Assembly: GCF_026210795.1 (NCBI RefSeq)
Contig: NC_089434.1
Coordinates: 1,240,001-1,304,000 of the forward strand
DNA: 64,000 nt
From: Rhizophagus irregularis
Lineage: Eukaryota
Reading direction: 5' to 3'
Shown: positions 49,950 to 63,605 of the stretch, in pieces
Numbering within the stretch: the first letter of the stretch is position 1
How the letters are laid out: each line of letters begins with the position of its first letter
Notes under the pieces: generated by a model
Databases searched by the model: none
Told to the model about the DNA's origin: nothing
What the model saw: only the letters and a program-made list of their open reading frames with translations
Position numbers and translations under genes: made by a program

Positions 49950-51649
49950 GAGAATTTTTTATAAAAAATTTGATTTTTATAAATTGAAACGAGAAAATAA
50001 GTTTGTACAACAAAAAATAATAGGCTGAGCGAAATTTATTTAAAGTAGGTGCAACTTACCCAGTGTCGCACAAAATGTTCTCTCCCTCCTTGCGGGTGTT
50101 ACGATAATATGTCGTGTATGGATAATATGTATTGTTAAATATCACGCGTGGATCGGTCTAGGTCTTTCCTTATTTGGTAATAAACAGTGTAAATCTGTAT
50201 GGTATTTTGTGTACACGTATGATCACGTGACAGGTTATATGTGATGTTTCCTGTCATCCTTTTCGCGCAAAAATCTTTAAAACTAATTATCTGTTATTAC
50301 TTTATTACAGAATTTAAGCTTTAACACCGAAGACGCAGATCATGATAGCGGTAGTGAAAAGGATCGGATGATTATTCAAAATTATATTCTATAAAGATTA
50401 ATTCAGATGTCTTATATTACTGTTTATTGATTTACCACGGTTAGTACGTTTAGACATTTTGATTTGTTGTTATAGAAGTCATGCGATTGATAGAGTGAAT
50501 ATGCCTGTGATTTATGGGCAAAATTAAAGAATCTTATTAACATCAAACTTCATTATTTTTTATTTATTTATTAATCAAATACAAGTTAACAAAATAGAAA
50601 CAACAATTAATGAAATAGAACCTTTAATGATATCTATTTAAAAAAATCCTTACATTCTTTTAAAATTCAGCGCGAAGAGGTAAAGAATATATTATTATTT
50701 TTGAATAGACTTCGTGTTTTTACATTAAAAACCAATTTCATCATTAATAAATTGTTATGAGAATGAAATTCTCATCTTTGGAACGTATTTATTATATAAT
50801 TACTGCAAAATCTCTACTTTCTCTGATTTTAATAATTGATGATTTAGCTTAATAGCAATATTTAATACTTACTGACAAATTAACTTTTTCTTATTTTTCG
50901 ACATAATACATCGAGCAAAAATATTTAAACAACTTCGTTAAGAAATAATTTACGTGACACATGAATAATAATTAATTTTTACGGAACTAAAGAAATTTAT
51001 GAATGATTTTATGTATTCTGTGATATTATTGACTTCTAACCTGATTTCCATTTTTTAATCAAACTTTCCTCAGATAGTATACTGTAAAAAGATCACTGAT
51101 ATTTTATTACGTAAACATGAAACATTTCGTTTTTCACGTAATTCAATACAATAATATTATTTCTTTAAATTTCTTTTTCTTGACAAATAAAATAAGAAAA
51201 AATTAACAAAAATGGAACCTTGTAAATAATTTAAAATTGACCAAAATTTATTGGATTCGGAAGATAATATTTTTCAAAGACGTTTATAAATGACGTATCA
51301 GGATATTATAATGACTGAAAGTTTAAATTTCTAAACAACAAATTCTTGTAACAATGCAAATTAAATTAATATAACTATTTAATTCATTCACTTCAATTCA
51401 AATTCGGCGTTAATAGTTACGTCAAGATTTACGTTCCCTGTGTTACAAAAAGTATCATATGTCGATATTATCTCAGGATGAAAATTGAAATACACAATTT
51501 CAGTTTAAGAAAATCATACGCCAGCCACGTCGGTGTTGTTCGTATAAATAATTTGTTGGCTGTAAGTAAAATGGATGAATGGCATTATTTAGTTCAGCTA
51601 AGCTTACACTAATATTAGAGTCATTTCATCAAAAATATTTAATACCATA

Positions 51650-51835
51650 CAGTCAGAACTCGACATAACGAACCCTTCGGTTCGATGAATAAAAATCGTT
51701 ATATCAAAATTTATAAGTTTGATATAACGATTTTTATATGTTCATGTACAGTAGTATAAAGATAAAATCTTAAGAAATCGCTTTATCGTGAAATTCGTTA
51801 TATCGCATACTAGTCATTATATCGAGTTTTGACTG
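51650..51835. mobile_element. Short MITE, Tc1/pogo type
   Basis: TA|CAGTCAGAACTCGACATAACGA ... TCATTATATCGAGTTTTGACTG|TA. Confidence 0.85.
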
Positions 51836-52805
51836 TACAATGAAACATCAAGAATAATTTTATCAAATATTATTTTAAATTATAAATTATTAAGAAAATT
51901 TTTAAAAAATGACTTAAAATTCGCTTGATTTTTTGTGTTTAGCTTTTCTTTAGTCTACACGACACTAATTGATCTTTCTCCTTGATTATTGAAACTTAAA
52001 ATTTTTTATTTTGGAATAAACATCATCAATCATATCCACTGTGATCTTTCGATATAGAGGTACTTCTATTAAGCAAAAGACGACTTTACTTCATAATTAT
52101 TTACTTAATAAAATCGTATTTCCTATTTCAATGTATGGAATGTACTGTATGTGAATAATACTTAATTTTCTATGTTCAACTACGTCTTCAAGAGTTTATT
52201 CTTCGAGTCAATGCATGTCTTTAAAGAGAACGGATGAAGAGAAAATAATAATGAAGTATAAAATATTTTCAAATCAAATAATATAAATTTAAATCATCAT
52301 TCATGATCCGTTTATTGCGCCTGCTTAATGAAAATATCTCGCACTTAATTTACTCCTTTCTGAAAAATGGCCTTTACTTGTAATAAAATAGATAAAGTCG
52401 TAATTATTTTTTTTTCATTTTGCGCATTCTTATGATGTTTCCCTTCAATAGTTTAATATAAATTGTTTTAAAATTAATAAATCTTGATATGTTGGATTGC
52501 GTACATCAAAATGTAACTTCAATCTTATAAATTCTTAACGCGTTTTTAATTTTTGGAATAATTAATAGATTTCATTCAAAAATTATCAAGAAAAAAATAT
52601 TTTTGAATAACAAATATAAATATAAATTTATAAAATTTTATTTAAAATATAGCGTTAATAATTTTACACATGAATATTTAAGAAATTTGTAATAAATCTT
52701 ACTACTCTAATCCTTAGTGGTTAAATAATTTTAATAAATATAAATAAATATAAATCATTAACAATGATTGAAAAAAAATATTTATAATAAGAGATGGTAA
52801 CAAAT

Positions 52806-54659
52806 TTATAAAATCATTTGTACCTAAATATCTAAAAAAAAAAAATAAATATTTACAATAATAAAAATTAGCAAATTAAATTATATATTTTTTACATTTT
52901 AAAATAATGAATTTTTTACCATTAGGAATTTCCAATTCATCTTGTTCTTCAGAATGAAGATTTGGGTTATTATATACTTCATCATCTTCTTCATCTTTAT
53001 TAACAAAAAAAAGAATAAATTAAGTAATATAAAAAATAATTACTATTAAAATTGACATTTAGTTCTTTTGTTTGTTAAAATAAATTATGCTTAATGAACT
53101 TTTGCACTAATAAGTCCTTTATTGTTATTTTATTTATTTAAATAATAAAAGCAATATGTATCAAAAACAATACCTTCTGTTGCATTTCTTGGTTCAGGTA
53201 GATTTTCAAATTGATGAATTTTACTTGTAAATGATCTGTGATCTGTATTACTTGTTATGTTATTTGCTTCATTTAACTCCAAATTATTACAAGTTTCTGG
53301 TTGAAATGATTCATCTGTCATACTTTGATAATAAAAATTCATTTCTCTTATTCTTATTATAAGTGTAGTAGTATCAGGTCTTTTTGATGGATCTGCATCC
53401 CAACATTCTTCCATTAAATTTTTATATTCAACAGGAATTCCTGGTACTATTCTTGGTCTAATGCCATTAATAATATTCATTGCAAGATTGTAATCATGTT
53501 CATGATTAATAAATGGTGGTTGTTGTGATGAAATTTCCCACATAAGCATTGCAATACTATAAATATCAGATTTAAAAGTATATTCTTTTCCATTAATAAC
53601 TTCTGGTGCTATGTAAGGAAGGTTTCCATATATACATTTTGATGATTTATCAGCAGGTCCACAAAATCCAAGATCACTAATAAACCATCCATCACTAATT
53701 TGTGAGTACAATATATTTCCTGAATGCAAATCTCTATGAATCGCATTTTCAAAATGAATAATATAAAGTGCCCTAATTATTTCAAAAGTAATATTGATTT
53801 TTTCCTTCCATGTAAGTTGATTATGATTCTGTTGTAAAAATTCTCTTAAATTTAAGTCCATTAAACCTATTACAAGCATATAATTTCCATTTGATGTGTT
53901 TTGTGTTAAACCAAAACTTCGGACAATTGCAGCACGTTTGCTACTTATGGTTAAATGTGATTCAGCCTATAAATTTAAACATCAGGTATTATTACAAACC
54001 CTGATAATTATTAACTTCTTTAAGCACATTTTAATACTAACCTCTTCAAACCAACTTTGATTTGCACTTTCAACATTTTCTAAACTTTTAAGTATTATCT
54101 TAATAGCCCTAGATCTTATTAATTGTTGTTTTTTAGAATTCCATCCATTATAACATCCATTAATCCAATTTGCAGTATAAATTTCAGAAAAGCCACCTTT
54201 TGTTAAATACTTAATATTTTGTAAATCATTATATGGAATCCATTCAACTATTCTACTTGGTAAGAGTGTTCCCATTTGACATTTTTGGATTAAATTATCA
54301 ATATCATCATTTCCAGTCGCCCAATTTGAAAATTTTGCTTTTAAATAATTTCGAACACAAATTTCACAATATAATGTAGCTAAACAATTTTGTCTACAAT
54401 TTTCACAAGTTCTTTTTGTTCCTGAATTACTGAGAACTTTATCTCGATCATAATCCCTAGTTAACAGTCTTATTGCTTTAGTTTTTTCATCTTTTGTAAG
54501 GGAATCATCAACATATAAATTATGATTTTTAAGAGCTAGTAGAACTGTTTGTTTCTTAAATTCATATTGCTTATGTATATCATCGTGAACTTTATAATCT
54601 ATTAATGCAATTGATCGATTAATTGCTGCGTGAACAAATTCTTTTCGAATAATAGGCAT
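52806..54659 (-). CDS. TKL-type protein kinase paralogue 4 (kinase domain intact, middle 3' exons deleted)
   Basis: Exon 1 54659-54042, exon 2 53966-53174; kinase motifs present; the micro-exon and following exons are missing before the NNPNLHSEEQ exon. Confidence 0.85.
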
Positions 54660-55884
54660 TGAACTTTTTTTTAAAAAAGAAGCTCTGAAAGGAAAGATAA
54701 AAAAATTATAACGAGAAAAAGGCTGAACGGAGTTTTGTATCCGAAATGATCCGCAAACTTATAGTGCAACTCGCACAAAATGCTAACATGGATCTACAGT
54801 CATGTGAAACACATCACACCAATCATGAAATGAAGAACAAATCTTTTAAAATGGTTGCAATGATTGTAGTGGCTTGTATTAATTATTTATAATACCACAC
54901 CCATGCGGTAAAAATTATTCACCGCACCCCTTTTTCTTGATTCAAAGTCACAAAGTGTCGCTTAACTTCCATTAATTTTGTGTAACATTTAGAAAATACT
55001 CCTTAAACTATAGCGTTTAATAAATTAAAATTTTGCAAATAAAAAAGGACTTTGAAAGGTTATTTTGCTTCTTTCTTATATAAATTACAATTTACTAAAT
55101 TTATTAATAAATATTTCAACACATTTAAACAGAAAACAGAGTTTAACCATTACACTATTATGGAACCAACTCATAAGTCATAAACGTTTTATAATAAATA
55201 ATAATAAATTTTTGAAAAAAATTATTATTATTTAATATGAAATTATGAATCAAAAATCAAAAGCAACTAATACTATACAAAGTTTAAGTGTCGAATCCTA
55301 AAACAAACTTCCAAAATGAAATATTCCCAAAGAAAAGAAATGTTTAAACAAAAAAAGAATCCTAAACAATGTACCCCATATTCCTAAAAAAGAAGTTTCT
55401 TTTTAAACAAAAGAAGAAGTACTTTTAAAATAATAGGCTAGAAGAAATAAGTGAGACATAATACTATATTAATGCGTCTAAAAGGAGAAGTAGATGTTTA
55501 AAGTGTACTTCGAAAAAAGGGAGAAGTTTTTTTTTTTTGAATAAGGAGAAGTGCTTCATGAATTTGTGTAAAATAAACAAATCAGTGTCGTGCAAGAAAA
55601 CCAAGCCATATATACATAGCTATATTTATTACTATGTCATGTGATATATTAGGAATGCAGTTGATGACCAGAAACAGGTCAATTTTTTCTACTAAATAAA
55701 TTTCTGGACTTTACCAGGACCTATTGGCTATTGCTGGCGTCGGGTCCTTACGCTATAAAAAAGAATGTTCAGAAAACATACATTGATTACATAGAGAATG
55801 CACAGTATACAAAAAATGTTCCATAAAATATGTGGGAAATATGTAAAAAAGGCTCATATTTTTTTGTACATCGTATATTTCATT

Positions 55885-56215
55885 AGAGGTTGGAACCGGT
55901 TAATGTTATTATGTTAACCGGTTAAAACTATTTTGACCATAAATCCATAATTCTGGTCAGATTTGCTTAATGTGGCCCGGAGACTTGGTAATTTCAGTCA
56001 TGTGTTCCCAAACTCGAAGTTTTAATACCGAATTTGTTCCTATTTATTAATTAATAATGGTATTGATGAAAATAATCTTCTTTCAACTAAATGTGTTGGT
56101 AAAATCAATATATATACATATATATCAAAAATCGGTACAATTTTCAGCAAAAAAAAAATTTGATATTTTTCATATTATAAGCTGGTTAATTAACCGGTTA
56201 AGCCTTTGGTTTGCA
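55885..56215. mobile_element. Possible degenerate hAT-like MITE
   Basis: Starts TAGAGGTTGGAACCGGTT; ttaaccggttaa palindromes near both ends; right terminus not clean. Confidence 0.35.
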
Positions 56216-56354
56216 ACGGGATCAACTTGAACTAATTGAAAATTATCTAAAATATTAGTGAACAAAAAAAATTTTGATTTATATGTAAAACATTAGATAC
56301 ACAATGTTTAAAAATTATCAATGATAATATTTGTGTATATTAAAATATAATAAA

Positions 56355-59300
56355 CTAGTGATGGATTAGAGGGTCCGAAGCAGGTTCCATTTTTTTTCAT
56401 CTTCTTTCCCAATCATAAGCTTGACGCGTGCTACGTTGTTCAGGTGTTTCATTTCCGCTTTCAAAATGAATCAGTATCACGATGCATATATGATACTTGA
56501 TCATTCTATATTTTTTTTAATTCCTTACAATGGGGTGGGGCGGACATTACCATGCCGATTATTTGTCGATCACATATAACAATTTTTTTGGTAAAATATT
56601 AGTAAAATATTAGCCGCACTTTAATGCGAAAAATTTTTTAGATAGATAGTTTATTTTGTTTTTTTGTTTATTTTATTTTATTGTGTAAATTTAGAGTAGT
56701 TACTTTATTAACGGATGCGTTGCGTCTAAATTGTGATAGGTTGTATTATATAATTATCACAATATTAATAAAGATTAAATTGGAAAAAAAAAAAAAAATA
56801 GTAGCCGCAACCTGTTGCGTTTCAACAGGATTAAATGAGTTTAAATCAATATACTATTTTTGTTTTTTAGTTAGATAAATTATGATTTATAATATTAATA
56901 TGTTTTTTTGATTTTAAGTAAGAAAAAAATATATTTATTTATTCTAATTAAAAAAATCAAACAAAGTATATTTATTCAATAAAAAAATATTTTATTTTGA
57001 TTGTATATACTATATATATATAAATATATACTGTATATATACGCCGCTCAAAACCTAAGAGGTGAAAAAACGAAAAAAAAGAAAAAAAAATTATTAAAAT
57101 GCAGTTAAGTGCGTCAGTCTAACCTGTGAATTTTCTTCCTTTTCTATAGTTGTTTTTATCTATAAAAACGAATTATTAAAGTAAATTATTAATATTATTA
57201 GTAAAATTAACCATGTAGAAAGCAAGTTAACGTAAATGAGTACCTAGGTTGAGTTTAGTGAAATTTATTGTTTCTATGGATTCTAGAAAATAAAAAATAA
57301 TTGTACGTTAAAGGTCCAATCACTGATCTAGGTCTAAGCCTAAAAAACGAAATAAATAATAACGATAATATCTGTACATAAAAAAAATGTAAAAAAATTA
57401 CATAAAAACATATTTGTATAGATTATTATAAAGAGAAAAAAACAGGATAAGAAATATTGAAAATTCAGTTTTAAAAAAATTGTAAGAAAAATAATTAAAA
57501 TCTCGGTTTTAAAAATAAAAAAAAATATTAAATATTAAAAAAATCCAATATTATTAAACAAAAAAAGATCCAATCTAACTGAAAAAAATCCACATTCGGA
57601 TAGCTACGGTAATCGATCTGCTGGCAGCAGATTGAAGGGGTGGGTGGGAATGGCCAAAAATGAAACATGATTAGTAAAACAAATTTTTTCTTTGTTAATT
57701 AGCAAAAAAAAAACTATTCGATTAAAATTTCATTAACTGGAACTGTATTAGTGATCAGATTGGCCATCGCCCATCGAATATACACATGACCCACTAATAA
57801 TTATGGAATAGATCGGCTGCAGATTGTGCTGTCAGCGATAAAAAATGTTTCTTTTTATTTAAAATGCAATTTTTTATATGATATTTTGCTTTATAAACAT
57901 AAACAGGAATATTCTTATTCTTTATTATTTGTTAAATAGTATAAATATTAATTAATGACTTAAGTGCCTAATAGTTTATTAAAAAGATTCGATGCAACTT
58001 CAATACCAAATGGTTGTGGCTGAATATTTTGAAATGATGATTCCTCCCTATTGTTATTGATTAAAAAAAAATATAATTTAAAATAAGAATACTACTAATA
58101 TTAAAGAAAATAATATTATTAAAAAAAAAATCTGTTGGCAAAAAAAATATAATTTTTAAAAAAAATCGGCGTGCCCATTGTTATCGGGAAAAAAAATCAA
58201 TAAAAAATTTAATTGCAGTTTATTTTAAAAAAAATTGACCATATTAGAATTTAATATAGGCTCTTATATTTTTGCGAAATGAACTTGATTTAGAACTTGA
58301 TGTAGTATAGAAATCTAGCAAATATGATGGTGGTTCAAGTAGAGGTGGTAAACTGACTTTACCACCAGCACAGCACATTGTGAAAGATGGAAAAGTTTGG
58401 CTGCTATTATGGTTTCTTTCGTCTATCCAAAATTGAGTGCAAATCTGATTCATCCTTCCCAGTTTATGATGCTCTATGTTAATATATGTTTGGTCTTTTT
58501 TGCCTCTTTTCATAGTAATAATGTGCTTGCTTTTCATTATGCAATCTCTTTTTACGTTGTTCAGGTGCTTCACCTTCAAATATTTCCTGGGGAGAAGACA
58601 TATAGATTTTAGTATTAACAATATTAATAATATTACACGTTATATTTGTAGAAAATTGTATTTTTATTTTTACATAAAAAAAGTATCACAGTAACATTAT
58701 ATATAAAAACAATATTTAAATAAGTATTATTATATAGTCATATTAATTAAATATATTTCATTTTAGTTATATAGATTCAAATAAAGAAAAAATATATTTA
58801 TTTCGATTATTTCGCGGAAATGATCTTGTAGTAAAAAAAAAATCCTAAATTTACCAATAAGAAAAAAAGAAACGAAAAAAAAGGTGCTTACCGTTGCCTG
58901 CAGCACCGATCCGATCACCCGATCCAAACCTAAATGGTGAAAAATTCGGTTGGAAAAAAAAGCTAAACTGAAAAAAGAAAAAGTGAAAAAAATTTTTTCG
59001 GATTGGAAAAAAAGCTAAAGCCAACCCGAAAAAAGAAAAAGGTTTAAAGAATTCGAAAAAAACCGAAAAAAAAATTGGGAAGAGGGACAAAGAGAAAAAT
59101 CGGTCGAAAAAAGAAACCGAAAGGGAAAAAGAAAGAAAAAATAAAAAGAAAAAGAAAAAAAAATAAAAAAAAATTTTGGGGGAAATAAGAAGGATAAATA
59201 AGAAATCGGTTAGAAAAAAGGTAAATTTCTAAAAAAAAGGAATCCGAAAAAAAATATTGAAAAAAATTCCGAAAAAAAAGGACAATAATTCGGTCCAAAA

Positions 59301-59500
59301 GATCGAAAATTCTTTTTTTTAAAAAAAATAACAATACGGTCTAAAAAAGGCAAAAAAAAAAATAATATAAAAAAAAATCGGACAAAAAAAAATTAGTTAA
59401 GGTAAAAATTTCATTAACTGAATTAATTGTATTAGTATTATTGGAATGAATAGTTTTTGACTATAAATAGATCAGGCGGAGGCATGTCACGGGTTTTAAT
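56355..59500 (-). mobile_element. Helitron deletion derivative
   Basis: Minus-strand 3' end CTAG|T at 56355-56358 preceded by an imperfect GC-rich hairpin (56371-56388); RepHel fragment inside; A-rich internal tracts; 5' end not located. Confidence 0.6.
58244..58480 (-). pseudogene. Helitron RepHel N-terminal fragment
   Basis: LGRMNQIC...FWIDE...CCAGGKVSLPPLLEPPSYLLD...FRKNIRAY matches the characteristic CC..GKV.LP...PP..L...F..NIR.YN region; truncated there. Confidence 0.85.
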
Positions 59501-61779
59501 TATATGGCATGGGATTTTAAGTTACACAATTCAAATTATTTATACGGAGAAAATAATCCAAACGTCAGACAAATTTTTTTAGTTATATGGATTATGAAAA
59601 TTATTATAAACATGTTTTGAGTTTAGGCCCTATTAATAGAAAAGTTTCTTTAACAATCAACAGTGAAAACAATGAAACAATATACAATAAATTTATTTAT
59701 TTCTTTATTTTTTTATTTAATTTTTATTTCTTAGATAAATTAACTAACGTCAAAATAGACTACAACATTTATTCTAGTATTTATATATTTTATTAAGCTC
59801 AATCAAATAATGTATTTTACTAAACTTAAACTTAATTAATTAATATATTTACTAAGCTCAATTACTTAAAAATGGTTTAATTTAAAGTCTAAATTAGCTA
59901 CACGAAACATAAACTAGTCTTTTCCTAATTGACTTCCTATTCATATCTTAAATGATGTGTTGGAAGAAAGTATTACAAAGCTTTCCTAACTATACCTTTT
60001 ACAAAATTTGAGTCAGGTATGATATGTATATATAATTTCACAAAATCAAAAAGAAGAATATATTTAAATGCACATAATAAAAAATCCAATTCAAGATAAG
60101 CTGGTGCTGCAAGAAAATTTCGTGCTTAACATAGAACACGTTCTGGACGGGATGGATGAAGTCTACTATATATGCAGGCCATTGATTACGTATCCGGACG
60201 GACGAGCATTGCATAGATATAAATGTACTCCGCTCCACTTCGGACAATTATATTTATGAACTATATAATCTGACCTGCGAAAATTTCGGGATATATAGTC
60301 AACTATAACGTGACAAAATAATATATAATAAATATAATTTCCCAGACCTGCTAACATATCAACGAATAAATTTTATCAAAACACCCTTGCATAACACATA
60401 AGTATGGTTATGGTTGATGTCAATCTAGAAAGAATATAATTATTTTATAATATATATCGTTAACAAATCTTTTTATTACCGAGACTAACTTTTTGTTGCA
60501 TTTTTTTACGTATTCTTCCAATTTGCAACTGGATATTGATCGTTCATGACATCATGATAATAAGCAATATATTTACGGGTGTTAAAATATCATCCGACAT
60601 ACTTCGCAGTTCGGTGATATTCTAACCCTGATAATATACATTAACTGAAGTTTCTTGCCTTTATTCGTATATTCGTAGCTTATTAAATACTTTAGGACAA
60701 GTTGTGATATAATGTATTAAATATCTGTTGCTTAAATAAAAGAATTTATTTATTTTTTTTTTCTCTTAAAATAAAATTTACATTCAAATATTTGGCTATT
60801 TGATTCATTAAAATTTCAACTAAAAAAAACTAAAAAGCAAATCAATCAATTTAATCGATATATATAATAAATTGTTATATAATTAATTTTTTGAGTTTGG
60901 CTTTCCTTTAATTAATACGACATTAGATCCTTTCTCCATGATGATCTTGCAACTCAAATTTTTTGTTTTGGAATAAACTACCCCATTGTAGTATAAAGGT
61001 ATTATTAAGTAAAAGACCTATTTATGGAATGTACTGTATTACGCCACAATATTCAATTTAATTGGATAAGCGTCACATGATTGTAGTCATGTATTTAAAA
61101 ACGAGTGATTAATTGTACTAATTGTAATTCTTGCCTGCACTATGCTTTTCAGGTTTGGACGAGTTAACTCGACGAAGAGAAAATAATAATGAAGTATAAA
61201 ATATTTTCAAATATTAAAGTTAAACACATCATTCATAATCTGTTTATTACGCCGCTTAGTGAAATTTTTGTTTTCAAATATCTTGAACTTAATTTATTCC
61301 CTTCTGAAAAATGGTCTTTTATTTGTAATAAAAATTCAATTTGTTCTATATAAAATCCTAATTATTTTTCGTATTTTTTTCACGCATTCTTATCTTTAAT
61401 ATGAATTGTTTTTAAAATTAATAATTATTAATACCGTAAATCTTTGATGTCCTGATTTAGTAGGTATCAATAAACCTTGATTGTGGATTGACCACATTAG
61501 ATGTAAATTCAATCTTACATAAACGTATTTTAATTTTGAAAAAGCTTTTTTTTTTTTTAGAACGACGAATATAATTTATAAATTTATATAAATTGGGGTT
61601 AATATCAGATATACTGTATGAATTATTTAAATTACAAGATAAGAAATTCGTAAGAAATCTTACTACTCTAACTCTAGTGTTTAAATAATTTAGTAAAATA
61701 CTAATATAAAATATTTTATAACAACGAAAAAATTTAGTTGTAACGAGAAGTGAAAGTTTACAAAAATAGCAATAACTTT

Positions 61780-62873
61780 ATAAAATCACCCATATCTAAA
61801 TTTCTACAAAAAAAAAATAAATATTTACATTTTACAATAATAAAATTAGTATTTGAAGTAAAATATTTTTTACATTTTAAAAATATAGTACGTTATTATT
61901 TATTTACTTAGTCGTCATTTTAAAATTATCAATTAAAAATACTGTTAATAAAATAAAGTGCCTACCAATGATTCAAAAGTAATTTCCATGTAAGATGATT
62001 ATAACTTTGTTGTAAATATTTTTTTTTAAAATCTATATCTATTATTCTCAATACAAGTATATAATTTCCATTTGTTAAACTATAACATGGGATAATATTT
62101 GGATTACGTCTAGTTAAATGTGATTTAGTCTAAAAATGTTTAAGATTGAATTTTTTTTTGCTAGCTATTATTTTAAACCAACTTTACGGTAATTTACACT
62201 TTCAACATTTTCTAAATGTTATTAATTTTTTTTCAGAATTTCATTTTTCAATCAACCCAAATTGCTGTATAAATTTCAGAGACGCCACATTATGTTAATA
62301 ATATTTTGATATTTCGTAAATTATTATATTTTATTTTTATATTTATTTTTATTATAATGACAAAGCTATGCTAGTACAATTTTAGGCATGACTACATCAA
62401 AGTAGAACAAGCTTAAACTACAAGTCCCCGATGGCCTATTTTTTTTGAAACAATAAAAAGACGTGGCTTATTGTCGTGTATTATAAATTATTATATTAAA
62501 TAGGATCCATTCAACTATTTTACTAGGCGTGTGTTGATTCCATTTGATATTTTCTTGAATTAAATAATCAATTTCGCCATTTCCGGATGTCCAATTTGAA
62601 AAATTTTCTTTTAAATAATTTTAAACACGAGATTTATAATATAATATGGCCATTACAAATTCTTCTTGTTTCTGGATCAAAATTAGCTTTATCTCGACCA
62701 TAACCAAATAACTAATAATTTTATTGCGTCGCTTGTGAGAATTTTATCAGCAAGAACTGTCTGTTTTTGAAATTCAAAGTGTTTGTTAAATCATTGTGAA
62801 TATCGACATTTGTAAAAATAATGGCTCTGTTAATTGTGCATTAACTAATTCTTTTCAATCAAATAACAGACAT
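61780..62873 (-). pseudogene. Highly degenerate kinase paralogue 5
   Basis: Nucleotide similarity to exon 1 of the other kinases (NYLKENFSNWTSGNGEIDYL, IVEWI), many stops, an insertion at ~62330-62500, catalytic core deleted; same downstream flank. Confidence 0.85.
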
Positions 62874-63046
62874 AATATAATTATTTTTTGTAAAAAAAAA
62901 ATATATTAGTTTTTAATTTGATACAAAAAATGAAATAGGAACAATAACTTCGAACTTTTTAAATTAGTTCATCTTTAAAAAAAAAAGATTTGTCGGAATA
63001 ATCTAATCTCATGCATAAAGATAATAAATAAATATATTTTTAGTAT

Positions 63047-63605
63047 ACTAGGAAACGGAAACCGTTGTAAGTCCGGAGCGAAAGATTTGTACAAAAATCC
63101 AAATATCTTTAAAAATTTAATTTGTACAAAAAATCTGGCATCCCTAAAAAAATAAAAATGAAAAATGAAACATTAGAAACGTTTCTTTAAGGTTAAACAA
63201 GTAAGAAAAGCCCTCACAATTTACCTTTAAAAGTCCGGCATGTACAAAAAACCTGTGTTCCTAGATAAAAGAAAATAAAAATGAAACGCTAAAAACGTTT
63301 CTTTAAAGCAAAACAAATAAAAAACAACTTACCAGTCCGGTATGTACAAGAAATCCAGAAACCCTAGGAAAAAAATAAGAAAGTCGTTTAAAAGAAAAAT
63401 ATACTTACTAGCCGAAATCTAAAAAAAAAGGTAATCATAAACTTTTTACTTGTTTATTTTTGATGTAGCACGAAATTTCAATACACATTCTGTGCAGACC
63501 AATCAGAAATGACGCATGCGGACAACTGGAAATCGCCACGTGACACTAATTGTCATCGACCTTCGTAAAATTATATAGTCTTTCGCTACGCTCCGGACAA
63601 TCATT
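63047..63605 (-). mobile_element. Possible Helentron/HINE-like non-autonomous element with internal ~100-120-bp tandem repeats
   Basis: Subterminal inverted repeat GTCCGGAGCG (63071-63080) / CGCTCCGGAC (63589-63598); minus-strand CTAG|T end at 63047-63051; repeated agtccgg..tgtacaa.aaa.c units. Confidence 0.4.

Noticed and set aside
58851..59334. Phe-rich ORFs
   Set aside because: Translation artefacts of poly-A tracts.
60038..60620. Coding-like GC-richer segment with short ORFs on both strands
   Set aside because: No recognisable motif or consistent frame; strand and product could not be assigned.
63070..63420. Repeats as a CRISPR array
   Set aside because: Degenerate full-length tandem units without unique spacers; no cas genes; eukaryotic context.
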